From Amphiscolops sp. MND2022 (lineage: Eukaryota): a stretch of DNA of 64,000 nt. Made by a program: the position numbers and the translations under genes. Positions 49,240-60,889 of this stretch are shown piece after piece. Location: the NCBI GenBank assembly GCA_964187785.1, contig OZ076409.1, forward strand, positions 69,442,001-69,506,000, in the 5' to 3' direction. A model generated the notes under the pieces. That model did no database searches, was not told where the DNA came from, and saw only the letters and a list, made by a program, of their open reading frames with translations. Every line of letters starts with the position of its first letter. Within the stretch, counting starts at the first letter, position 1.

Positions 49240-50194
49240 TAAAAGCTGAAAGAATGTTTTGATGTTGATTTGTTGTAATACATTGGTATTGTAAAAGTTT
49301 ATCTGCAATTGCTATGATTTGTTCACTAAGCATAGGATTATCATTTCCTCCTACTTTTTCAAAATAGAGTAGTTTTAATTGATCTACAAGCTCATCAGGA
49401 TCCGATGGAAGGAAGACATACTGATTAAATCCACTTCCTAATTGGGATAGTTGATAAGGAATATGTTGATGTATGTATTGATTAATTAAATCTTTAATGA
49501 AATAATATCTCTTTGGTTTTTTATCTCCATAATTTATATTATATTTCATATCATTTAAAAAAGAATAAATTAGATTCACGTTTTGTGGTTGCGTGTCTAG
49601 CTGTGCATTAGTTATAAAATATGAAAGATCCGGATCCTTTAAATTATATTTGTTACCACTACTCAAGAAGGTTAGTGTATTATTTTTAATTAGTACTTGT
49701 TGAGGATTAATAGGGTTAATTATGAATAAATTTGGATTACCTTCACCGAAGGCGCTTTGCGTAACAGGTTCTAAACTAAATTGACTTTTGTTTTTGTCAT
49801 TAAGCAAATTAGAAACTGTCTTGATTATAGTAGAATCAACTTGGTTGGAATTCACAAGATCTGTAACAAGTTGATTATTACGGTAAGTAATTTCATCATA
49901 TTCTTTAATCGATTTTTGTAAATTTTTATTCAAAACGTTACTCGATTCTCGTATTGCTTGTGTTGTAGTTTGAGTAGAATCACGTAACGCTTGTAATTGT
50001 TTTTCAGATTCTAGCTTGGTTTGGTTTTGACTTTTTTTCTGATTTCCAGTAACAGGTTCAAAAACTTCTTCCATATCGTAATGAAAGTCTTGCTTCCCTA
50101 GTTTCTCTTTTAATCTTTCAGCTTTCAAAGAAGATTTTGTTTCTTGCAATTTTTTTAATTTCTCTAAATCATCTCGATTATGAATTGAATACAT
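49214..50194 (-). CDS. Conserved Polinton protein of unknown function (coiled coil + C-terminal helical motif)
   Basis: C-terminal LGSG...LPSDPDELVDQLKLL...GGNDN...IIAIADKLL motif recalled from Polinton ORFs. Confidence 0.65.
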   Translation of the reverse strand: MYSIHNRDDLEKLKKLQETKSSLKAERLKEKLGKQDFHYDMEEVFEPVTGNQKKSQNQTKLESEKQLQALRDSTQTTTQAIRESSNVLNKNLQKSIKEYDEITYRNNQLVTDLVNSNQVDSTIIKTVSNLLNDKNKSQFSLEPVTQSAFGEGNPNLFIINPINPQQVLIKNNTLTFLSSGNKYNLKDPDLSYFITNAQLDTQPQNVNLIYSFLNDMKYNINYGDKKPKRYYFIKDLINQYIHQHIPYQLSQLGSGFNQYVFLPSDPDELVDQLKLLYFEKVGGNDNPMLSEQIIAIADKLLQYQCITTNQHQNILSAFTKKDQFVD

Positions 50195-50253
50195 ATTTTT
50201 TTATTCATAAAAAATAATATTTAATTTACAGCAAGGCTGTAAATCAATGAATT

Positions 50254-50613
50254 TTACCTAAATACAGGCCTTTTCCTTGCGGCTATCATTCGAGGATTTT
50301 TACTTGCTGCTGCTGTACCAATATTAGCTGCGAGTTCTAATGCTCTTCCAGGATTGTTTAAAATTTTCTTTCCGACACTCTTGGCGGCTTTTCCTATACC
50401 TCGGAAAAAGTCACCTAATCCTTCTGCTTGTATAGTTTGATCAGATACTATAGGTGAATTATTTCTTTTACAAGTTGAACAAGTACCTCTTAATAATTTA
50501 ACAGGTGCTCCAGTTTTTTTATTTTGAGTAATATCTCCACGAATATTTGTGGTAGCGGAATAATGTTTTCCACCAACACAATATGAATTATTTTTAAATT
50601 TATTAAAGCTCAT
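50254..50613 (-). CDS. Small basic virion core/membrane-active protein candidate
   Basis: Zn-ribbon-like YCV...RGTCSTC, then EG|LGDFFRGIGKAAKSVGKKIL amphipathic helix. Confidence 0.6.
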   Translation of the reverse strand: MSFNKFKNNSYCVGGKHYSATTNIRGDITQNKKTGAPVKLLRGTCSTCKRNNSPIVSDQTIQAEGLGDFFRGIGKAAKSVGKKILNNPGRALELAANIGTAAASKNPRMIAARKRPVFR

Positions 50614-50701
50614 TTATTAGAAAAAAAATATTCATTTTTTCTTCAGCACAAACTTTCAGTTTGCAAACTTTTAGTTTGTAAACCTTTGGTTTGTATATAT
50701 A

Positions 50702-51747
50702 TTAAATCTTGATGATTTGAATTGCAAATGTTAATGTCTCCCCGTTGAAATCAACTGGGTTATGATTGTTATCCTCAAGGAAAAATTGAATACTATCTAA
50801 CCTTGTTTTGTTTATTTTTTATACAGAATAATATTGGGTTCTTTTATAATTTTATATCCGGGAGGAGCACTAAGATTATATGAAAATAAAATTTGTTCTC
50901 GTATACCATTAACAATTGAACCATCTACACAATCACACTTAAGATGAACTTTGTCTGTCGTTGTTATCATAACTGGTTTTTCTGATATATGAGTTCCCGC
51001 TGGATATTCCTTGTTTGTAAACCCTAAAAGTTTATTTAATTCTGAATTAAAATATATACCACTAGCAGTTGTTAAAACTGATTTCATTGATATTGTATCT
51101 GCTTCTATGTTGAGTTTAAAGTCAGAACTACCACCAGGTAAAGTACAACATTTAATAAGTTCTTGCTGGATAGTATTATTTATATCAACTAATTCATATG
51201 ATCCTGGTGGTAGTTCTATTTCAATGGAATCAGTTACAGATCCAATTCCAGAAATAACAATTGGTTTATCTTTAATGTGCAAAGCACCTTCGGTATTCTG
51301 ATTAATTTGATCAATTATTTTCATCAAATAATCATAATCTGTTTTAGTAATAGTCTTAATTTCAGCATTATCATTAACTATAAGTTTTTTAATTTTTTCT
51401 ATATCACCAGAGGTTTTATATAAATACTCAACATTTGTTACTAATTGAGTGTCAACATCATTTTCTTTTAACATTTTTTCTGTATAAAGAAGTTTAAATT
51501 TATTGTTCTTCTCAGTAATGTTATAAACTGTATTATATACTTCTAAACTTGTTACTCCCATCATCCATTGTTCTGGCAGCTCCCAGGGAACATCGAATGA
51601 AAAAGATTCTTTTTGTTTGTTCATTTTAAATTCTAAAGTTTCTTGTAGTTTGGATAAGGTATTTTCAACAATATCTAAATTAGATTTTGCAATACTCAAT
51701 AAAAGAGATTCTTTTTTATCATAGGTTACAAAATTTGATAGATCCAT
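50702..51747 (-). CDS. Minor capsid protein (penton); one-base frameshift at the T6 tract 50815-50820
   Basis: ELPPGSYE, LNKLLGF, HLKCDCVDGS, PPGYKI; alternative frame continues INKTRLDSIQFFLEDNNHNPVDFNGETLTFAIQIIKI*, a typical penton C-terminus. Confidence 0.85.
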
Positions 51748-51750
51748 TTA

Positions 51751-51933
51751 TTAAACGAAAAATTGTTTAAATCCACTTGCAGAAATCTTATTTATGAATT
51801 CTTGGTTTTGTTTTGATAATTTCTTTTTTTGATTATTTTTTTGTATTATTTTCTCATCAAATTGATTCTCATTGGTATTCATTGGTTTTTGAATAATTTT
51901 AATTTGAGCTGAATAATTATTAATTTTCTTCAT
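51751..51933 (-). CDS. Small basic hypothetical protein (60 aa)
   Basis: Fills the gap between protease and penton exactly; TAAATG start; ends with a possible ASG|F cleavage-like site. Confidence 0.5.
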   Translation of the reverse strand: MKKINNYSAQIKIIQKPMNTNENQFDEKIIQKNNQKKKLSKQNQEFINKISASGFKQFFV

Positions 51934-51940
51934 TTAGGAA

Positions 51941-52336
51941 TTATAAATTTTGGTAGTATAAATTTAAAACTGCATTTTTGAAGCCTATAATTTGTGTGAG
52001 ATACAACACATACAAACAATACGCCGCACAATAACTGTCGTCTTTCTGGATTTGATATTCTGAATAAATACCATTATTAATTTGTTTTGTTATATTTAGT
52101 GGTGGTGGACAGCCATATGAATCGAAATAGTTTTGGTTTGTAAACAAAACCCAATGTGTTCCTTTAGTTGGATGTAAGTTAACTATACCACTGGTGGTTA
52201 TAAATTTATCATCTCTCATATATATTCCACAAGATGTGTTCATGAGTTTTAAGATTTCTTTTATTTCTACATTGGAAGTTGCTTCATTTTTTAATCCATA
52301 GTTATTAACAAATTCTTTGAATGATAAATAATACAT
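51941..52336 (-). CDS. Adenain-like cysteine maturation protease
   Basis: GTHWV (His), YFDSYG (Asp), QIQ...YCAAYC (Gln, Cys). Confidence 0.92.
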   Translation of the reverse strand: MYYLSFKEFVNNYGLKNEATSNVEIKEILKLMNTSCGIYMRDDKFITTSGIVNLHPTKGTHWVLFTNQNYFDSYGCPPPLNITKQINNGIYSEYQIQKDDSYCAAYCLYVLYLTQIIGFKNAVLNLYYQNL

Positions 52337-52687
52337 TTAATAGTTATTTTTCATCAATTTTGTTAATTTTTCAGTTGTGAAAAATAACTAATTTTTACTT
52401 TGGTTATTTTTTAACAGTTAGTTGTGAAAAAAACGTTGATTTTTTTCAAAAATAATCAACATTTTTTTTAAAAAAATATTTGACTGGCCCGAATTAATTT
52501 AAAAAATTTTTAGTAGTGAAAAAACACCAATTTTATCGATTTTTTTGAAAAATATCTAATTTTGATGGTTTGATTAACCTGTCAAATTTTTTTTAGTAGT
52601 GAAAAAACACCAATTTTATCGATTTTTTTGAAAAAATGGCTAAATTTGATGGTTTGGCTGGTCCGAATCGGGAATTCGCATACTACT
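52257..52687 (-). repeat. Polinton right TIR
   Basis: Reverse complement of the left TIR; overlaps the first ~27 codons of the protease. Confidence 0.93.
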
Positions 52688-52735
52688 CTCCAGTTTGGTG
52701 AGTGGTAATTTGAAAACAGCTACAACACCCATTTT

Positions 52736-53730
52736 AGTCGGCGCTTTTCCATTATGGAAAAAGGCCCGACTATTACAGTGACTAGTTTTCTTGTTTTTTG
52801 TCAGTCTCACTCTGAATGGCCCACTTTTTGCACTATGTGTACTTTTACCATGAATACTGAGTACTTGTTTTTGAACGCATCCAAAGCCTCTAATATGAAA
52901 TCCAAAACCATTCCAAAGCAGAAGGATCCCCCTTTACACTTATTTGGCACTATGAGACTTCCCCGCTTTTTCGGGTTTGAGAGACTCTCGAAAATTTCTT
53001 AGTATCTCCAATGGGCCCGGCATTCATTTTTTTCATATTCAGCAACAGAATGCATGTTAAAAAATCACCCTTTCAGCTTTTTGGCCTTGTTCAAAATTCT
53101 CATTTCTCCTTTTTTCGCAAAGTTTTTATTGTCTCCAAAGGGACCCTTTCAATTTTTTGATGTTTTGCAGCAGAAGGGATGTTGAAAAACCCCCAAAGGC
53201 CACCCCTTTTACATTTTTTGGCACTATGAGACTGTTCAAGTTGCGATTTTTTGTCCGGTATTTGGTTTTCTCAATTTATGTGAATACTTTTCGTCAATAC
53301 TATCCGAATTTTTGACGTAATAGCCTCAGTATAACGCTATATCCGAATATCAGACGGTATGTCCGAACTATATTGCGTTTTACTAAAGAGGAGGCAGAGG
53401 TTGATTAACGAGCGCTCCCATTTGTCCCAGCACGCTATATTGGAACTTCTGAAGCGTTTTCCGAGCACGAAAGGCATCCTTTGTTTCGAAATTGTTTGAG
53501 TTTTTTTCCGAAAAAACGTCCTATGCATATTTTAAAAACCGGTGGGGTGCAATTCAGTCGAAACAGTGATGCATACTTTCTTCACGCTGCTTCACGTTTA
53601 CTTCAATTTTTTGATATTTTGCAACAAAATAGGTGTTAAAGAATCTCAAAATGCCCCTTCTACATTTTTCAGCACTATGAAACTGTTCGAAATTCCAATT
53701 TTTTGTCCGATATTAGGTTTTCTAATATAT
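52736..53730 (+). mobile_element. Family 2-related Helentron-like element (5' end clear, 3' end approximate); related copy at 56718-57140
   Basis: Head AGTCGGCGCTTTT...AAAA...GCCCGACTATTACAGT at 52736 and 56718; shared repeat body. Confidence 0.55.
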
Positions 53731-55969
53731 ATCCAATAATGTTTCTCAACAAAACTGAAAAATACAGGATTACCTAATTTTGGAAACTAGGACTTCGAAT
53801 TTAGGAAAAGATGCCTTGGTAATGGTTTAATCCATGTTAGAAGTTCTCCAGAATTCGCTTTTCAGTGTGTTTCGAAAAACCAGAAAAAATAATTTAAACT
53901 AGAAATTTCGACTAAATTGAGCTCGTTTTCATTGTTTTTTTTCTTTTTCCAGAATGTTCCAGCAGAAAACCTTGTGCACCTAATTTCTCATCAGATAAGT
54001 GGACTACACGTTAGTCGAAGAAGGATTGTTCGAAATCCCAAGTTTAAGAAAAAGTATTTTTTCGAAATCCCGAGTTTCTTATCATGCAGCAATGAAAATG
54101 ACTGAAACTCGATATTTGTCGAGTTATAGTTAAATAGGTTCCTAGAAGGTTCCAGTTAGGTTGATATTTTGGTCACCTTCTGAAAAACAGCTCACCGGGT
54201 GTTTATAGAAACTTCACCATTCAAAAAGATCTTTTTAACCATTTTTTCGAAAAAAACATCATCTTGAGCTTTTCAAGTAACGTTCTGTGTTGAGATTCCG
54301 TCTCCTCAGTTCTTACCAAGGGTTTCTTCCGCCATTATGCGCTCCAATTCTTGACGCCTTTGGTTTCATGTCTCTTGGAGACGAGAATTAAAAGGTTCTG
54401 TTTTTCCCACTAGGGAGAAAAAAATCAATTTCTTTGGCCTAATATCCAAATTTTTCAGCAGTAGATACGTTTCATCAGAAATTCCTATAAGGTTAGTTCA
54501 ATTTGAAAACATTTTTTAAATAGTTTTTGCTGATTCGCAAGTTTCACACTCTAAACACTAGGTCAAGTGGCTCACCTCGCGGGCACCAAAGTTTTCAAAT
54601 TTTCTTACTTTTTTATGAACCAAGGTCCTCCTCGCCTACAATGATAAACTCCAACTGAACAATTGGAAAAGGCAAGGACTGCAAATCTCCAAAAAACATG
54701 ATTAAGTTTTTGTGAAGCTTTTGTAAAACATTTTTACCGAGTCATTTTTGTGTTGTAATTATTTTCGAATGAATTTTTTGCTTAGACCACACTGTTTCCT
54801 GATTTCTTCTGAATTATTTAAATGAAAGCCAAATGTAGCGACTCCGAGGGCAATAAACGTCAAAGAAGCAACTGTATGATTATTGAGAACGGCTCTTGCA
54901 TATCAAAAGAAACACCAGAAGCAAAAACTTTGATTACGAAAAACGATTGTTCATTTTGGCTACGTTTTTCTGGAAAGAAATTGGAAACTCAGCACAACAT
55001 GGGTCTCATTCGTTTCATTTAAATTAGGAAACTAATTAGGAAACTTTTGCCGATTTCCTACCAGGAATTCGTGATCATTTGCTGACGTGATTCAAATCAT
55101 CAACTACACTTTCCGTATTCATGGGCATTTGCAATGATTGTTTCTCATATCAGTCTTACCTTTTCAACATGGTTTGCTTTTTCACAAGTATGCGCTGATG
55201 AATGAAATGAGATGAATTTTTCAATCAGCGACAATTGATTTTGTAGAAAAATTGTACTCATTCGCAATTATTTATCATGTTCATTTCTTTGGCCTAATCG
55301 CCTAACTCGAGTAAAAAAAATAAGTTTTTTCTTTTGACATTTAAAATTAATCTGCCCCAGTTTAGTTTTTATATCCTTTTGAAACCCGTTTGCAATAAGA
55401 CGACTTTTCTCAACTTGATTTGCTTCTAGCATTTTTCATCGAAATTCTCAAAAACGTCAGTTTTCAAAATGTGTGATGCTTCCTTATTGTATCATGCATA
55501 TTTCCCAAGAACCCATGTAGGTACACGTAAGAATTTATATTAAAAAATTATCAGTACACTGAAGTTGCACAAGTGCATCCTTTGATCTTCCTCGCTCCGT
55601 CTTTTGAGCATTATGTTAGTTATTGATATGAAGATAATAAATGACGCAGTTCAATTGCTCAAGGCTTTTCACCTCATGCTTCACATTGAATTTACTATGT
55701 CATCCATAGAACAAATCTTTTGTCATTATTGCATTCAAAAAATCGATTTTTCACACAGAATTGGTTCCAGAGTACAATTTGAAATTAAACTTCGCGTGTT
55801 AAGTTTTTCAATAGAAAATCCAAAACGATACAAAATGAACGTATTGAAAACTCAACAATAGGAATTGATTGGGTGGGGGATGAAAAGCAGGAACTCAATT
55901 TGGATAATGATAACAAACGTAATATTCGTTCACAAAAAATATGATGGAATGTTTGAAGAACAGGAGTGT

Positions 55970-57791
55970 TCAAATTTTCCATCTATCTTCAATATCCTTG
56001 GCTTCGTAGGGGGTGTTTATTTCGCAGTGAACAAGTCTCTCCATGACAGATCCTATCAGTAGCTGAGAGGCCCAGTGAGCAGCCGCTGATGAGCACATGA
56101 TTGTGTCGCCATTGTCTGCGAACACTGATACGAGAGAACGTTTTTCTTTTTTGGCAGCATCATATTTCAGCCTCAGCACTTGAGAAGGAGATTTCAAAGG
56201 AGACGATTTATCCAAAATTGGAGCCCGATAAGTCATTGGCTGTGTTCCTTTAACATTGGTAGATGAAAAGCTACAGAATCACGTTACTCTCGAAATGATT
56301 TTCAAAAGCTTCTTTCAAAATTTTGGTTTATTGAAAATTCCAAAAAATGGTCTAACCAAGCCAGAAATTTCCGTCGTAGTCAATTTCGATGTTGTCAACG
56401 TGGGATCCAATATCTATTTGATCATACATATGCAAAGTGGAATCTGCCTGGACTTCGAATACCGCTACTTTTTCTTCCACAGCGAAAGATACATACAAAT
56501 ATTTTCCATCATCTTTACTCAAGGCTACTCCATTGGGACCCAACACCCCGGTAACCAAAACCTGAAACCGAAATGATAAAACTATTCAAAATTTGTTTAT
56601 GTTTCAACCCAGCCTACGAGCCAGTAATCATTTCCAAGATCATGGGAAATTTCTAAAAGAGCACTTACATTGATTCAATAATAGGGCTTATTTTTTCGCT
56701 CAAAATTTCTTGTTTTTAGTCGGCGCTTTTATTAATAAAAGAGCCCGACTATTACAGTCACTCGTTTTTTACTTTAAGACAGATTCGAAGCGAAATAACT
56801 TTTGTCCAGTTTGTTCAACTTAACGAATACCTAGGAAACGCATCTAATTATCGCAAAGGGTCCCGCTTTCAGTTTTTACTTTTTAAACGTAAGATACAAA
56901 ACCAGACAAGACTAAACGGCTCCCCTTTTAATTTTTTTCGGCGCTCTGCGACTTTTTGAAGATTTTTTTGTTCTTCAAAGGGTCCCCCTATCAATTTTAT
57001 TGAAGTCCCCCCTCGTAATATCCGGAGTTAAGCGCTATATCCGAACTTTTGACGTTATATCCGAACTTTTGCGTTTTTCTAAGGAAGAGGCGGAGGTTCG
57101 AAAACAGAAGTTTCTCATGAAAACGTCCTATGCATACTTCAAATCCTTCCCGTCTTGTTCAAATCAACTTTCATAAAGAGACTTTTTCCAATTTTGGTAC
57201 CTCAGAGTCACTTTTCTTGACCTTGACCAAAATTGAAAAAAAGGAGATTCCTCGAAAAGCTATGAAGAGCTTTTGTCACATTGTTTCATCGGTTGAAATT
57301 CTCGTTGTTTGAACCAGGTTAAACTTCCTCGCAATGTTTGACCTGACGCCGAAATATTGTGTCATTGATTATGCCTCAAAGAGCTGCAATTTAATTGGCG
57401 TGTTTCATAAAACTCTCCGAACAATCAATTCCATAGTTGAATAGGCAGTTGAGTTATTTTCTTTTCCGGCCATATTTCCATGTGGGAAAGGGAAATTACT
57501 AACTCGGTGCGGAAACTTTCATGCTGCTCAGTGGGCGTCTTGTAATAACTTACCTCAACTTTATCATTATCCACAAGCAAAATTCGTCCCCATCTGCGAG
57601 AAGTTGCGTATTCTAGTGCTTTTGTATACCAATGAAGGGTGTAACCATCGCTGGAAGCATAGAATTTGTTCTCAGCTACAACTGCAACGTCGTTGATGTT
57701 GAAAAGCAGGTCGTGCTTGAAGGATTTTCTGAAAATGACTTCTGCTTTCTCCACATTGAGATCAAACAGCTCAATTGCATCTCCTGCCGGT
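55970..57791 (-). CDS. PON: Paraoxonase/arylesterase (PON family), 3' exons only: 57791-57554, 56561-56357, 56247-55970
   Basis: LLFNINDVAVV, GPNGVALSKDGKYLYV, HVDNIEID, SQVLRL, LLIGSVMERLVHCEI match the PON six-bladed propeller; GT-AG junctions in frame; 5' exons not located. Confidence 0.88.
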
Positions 57792-58591
57792 CTATTATGT
57801 AACCAAGGGGGATGTAAAATTAACTGCTTGAACAACGTACATATTTTCTAGAGTTTGAAAAATTTTTTAGGTACTCTTTAATTCCACTTTTATGATATAT
57901 TTTTCCGATTGAGTATCAATTATGTTTTTAAATATGCCAATTAGATGCTTAAGAAACTAGAAAGTCACCCTAATCAATCAACATTGATCAGCTACTGAAA
58001 ACTAGTTACATCTGCAACCTATCAGAACTAAATTCAAAGAGGGCGTGAAATCTGCAACTGCTCAATACTCAGGCAAAAGCTATATTTTCATGAAAATGGT
58101 GATTCTTACTCAAGAATCTATTCAATCAGAGACGTTTTTTAGCATGTAGTTTTACATACTTCAGAGTAGTATTTTGGAAACACCTTCAGTTAACGTTCGT
58201 TAGCCATTGATTGTTAACAACTGGTTTCTACATAGAATTGCCCGATGCAGCATTCTTTTTCCGTGGGTTCCGAAGCCTTATAGAAGATGTATTTTTGTTT
58301 TGTTGCTAAGTGACCATCTTCGTGTAATGATTTGGTTCCTTCAATTGGCTTCAAATATATCTTTGAGTAACTACCAGCTACAGCCTAGAGTCTGAACTTA
58401 TTGAAGAGAGTATGCTCTCTATATTGAAAGGACAACTTTTCAACAAGAGACCATATGGGGGAAAATAACTCATTTCAACTGAAGTAAATGTGGGCTGTTG
58501 GTCAACAACTTTTTGTTATTGGTGCTAACTTTATGATTCGTTCAAAGAGCTCTACACTCTACTTAACCTCAACTCCATTATTTGTTGGATG

Positions 58592-58680
58592 ATTTACAAT
58601 AATAAAAAGGAAATTAATATCAAAAAATACTAGTGCACTAGTATTTTTGTGATATTCATTTCCTTTTCATTATTGTAAAT
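58592..58680. repeat. 89-bp near-perfect palindrome
   Basis: Core AAAAATACTAGTGCACTAGTATTTTT; arms extend to ATTTACAAT / ATTGTAAAT. Confidence 0.85.
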
Positions 58681-59745
58681 GCAGTTTTCAACTAAACTTT
58701 CCAAAGTTGAAATCTCGACACTATTGTCAAAATGGTCCGGTTTTTGGCAATGTCTCCATCAACAGTGAAATTAGATGGGCTCTGCTACTTGCTCTGCTAA
58801 TTCTCTTTCTCATTCTGGCGTTCCATCCATACTCGGATCCTTTTTTAATCCGTAGCTTTTGTGCTCTGAGTCTTTCTCCGCAATAGTACTTATTTGATCC
58901 GCCGGCGTTTGCTCTTGCATGCTTTGCTTCTTTTTTAACTTGCTTTTTCTGTTGTAACCGAAGTGGTGATTCCTTTTTCTTCAGCTTCGTTTAAGTCTGT
59001 AGCTCGGTAGATGACGGGTTTACTTTTGATGTCACAATACTCGCATCTCATTGTCTATGTTGTTTGCCAATGGTGCACAATCAGCTAACTCGATTGTTTT
59101 GTCCTTTTATCTTTCACGAGCTCTCGAGAACATCACAGTGCTTTTATTACCACTTCTCTAAGTTAAAAAATTGAGTGGTTGGCTCTTCCTGCTGGAAAAA
59201 TTGGTAATATATTGGGCGATTGCTACATGAGGGATCCCCTTTTCAGCAAAAGTTCCTGGGTTCTTTTTTTGTCGCGCTTGAACAAGGATGGTTGAGTCTT
59301 TTCCACTTTGGAAACCCTCAATTTTTTAAAGGAATAACGTAATCTACAATACTCAATTTGGTTAAACTTCTCTTGACAGTATTTGACTCTCGACCAAGAA
59401 GAGGATGAATGGAGAGTGTCGTTTGTTCGTAGACCTCAGTCTGATAATATTTACTGATACAATCAGCTTATTCACTCTGAGCTGTTCGTTAAATGTTATG
59501 ATCAACCTTTCACATAACAAATGTCATGTTAATCCCCTATCGGACATTTAACATATCCTAAAATTTCCATTCGCACAAAACAGTTAAAAATTCCATTTTC
59601 TAACTACTGTCTCCGAAGTTTTTTGTATTTAACTTGTTTTTCAAATGCTGCTGCGGACCGCAACGCATCTTTAGGATTATCCTTGGGCTCCGTACACAAC
59701 CGTTCTTGTACAGTCAAGGTTTTTTGTATTCTATACGAAAGGGTC

Positions 59746-60889
59746 TGTTAGTGATCATCTCAAAATAATATTTCACGTGGCTTCAAGTCTCAAGAAAGAT
59801 TCTTAAATGGCATTTCAACCCTGCTCAGCCTCCTCATTTCGGCGGTATGTGGGAACACTTGATCCGATCATGCAAGGATGCATTTTACTCCATCCTTGGT
59901 TGCCAAACCCTGACGGACGACACCTTTACAACACTACTTTGCAAAAAAGAAGGTTTCTTGAACTGCCGTCCACTCACTAGTGTTTCCACAGATGTTCGTG
60001 ACAAAGACGCGCTTACTCCTAATCATTTTATCTTGGGGAGAGCTCATGGCAAAATTCCTTTGACATTTTACCATGACAATAGCACACCTTTGACTCGACA
60101 ATGGAAATTTGCCCAACAACTGATCGACCAAGTATGGAAGCGACTGGAGAAAGAATATTACCCAACTTTAGTACCTAGAAAGAAATGGACATCTAAAACA
60201 ATATATTTGAAACCTGGTACACTAGTTTGGGTTTCGAAAGAATTCACTCCAAGAGGTTTATGGCCTTTGGGTCGTGTCATTAAGGCATTGTCACAAGATT
60301 CAACCCAATTCGAGAGATATCTAATCAAAACTCAACTAGGTGAGAAGGAATATCAAGCTGTACAACTTGCACCTTGAAACCTCGTTAATCAAGATGAAAC
60401 TGAAAACTAAAACTTTTTCGATTTTCACTTTGGAAGATTATTTTGCGTTGCAAAATGAGCCGGCTGTTAGTGATCATGTCAAAATAGTATTTCACGTGGC
60501 TTCAAGTCTCGAGAAAGATTCAACTCCGAACTTCAAAAGAAACCTTTCACACTTCCGGAAAAAGCAATTGAACATTTCCGTCAACTTGGACCTTTGGAAA
60601 ACTTTCTTCCACGCAAATTATCATCAACTCAAACTCTTTTGTTGAATTACCTTTATTCAATCGATGCTTACTTTACCTTATCACTGAAATCTAACTAAAA
60701 GTCTTTCATGTAAAATACTTTTACCTCCAAAGAAATAGACTCCCAGATTGATCGGAACGGTCAATAAGCACTAGATATACGGTTTTGTACATTCCAAAAT
60801 TCGACCTCCCAATCAATATGGGCCACTTCAATTGAGCATAACCGCAAAGATAAACGGACATTTATTACAATATCGAACCGGCAATTTCA
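59746..60889 (+). mobile_element. Internally deleted BEL/Pao LTR retrotransposon
   Basis: 5-bp TSD GGGTC (59741-59745, 60890-60894); TG...CA ends; 57-bp 5' LTR stub (59746-59802) matches the start of the 3' LTR (60465-60889). Confidence 0.85.
59805..60377 (+). pseudogene. BEL/Pao integrase C-terminal half (with DUF5641-like region)
   Basis: FNPAQPPHFGGMWE, LNCRPLT, LTPNHFILG, WKRLEKEYYPTL, PRGLWPLGRV. Confidence 0.88.

Larger units (their letters stand above)
39233..52687. mobile_element. Full-length Polinton/Maverick (adintovirus-like endogenous virus), 13,455 bp
   Basis: Termini AGTAGTATGCGAATTCCCGATTCGGACCAGC and its reverse complement; 6-bp TSD CTCCAG (39227-39232, 52688-52693); intronless, very AT-rich, with pPolB, integrase, ATPases, protease and capsid genes. 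Confidence 0.97.
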
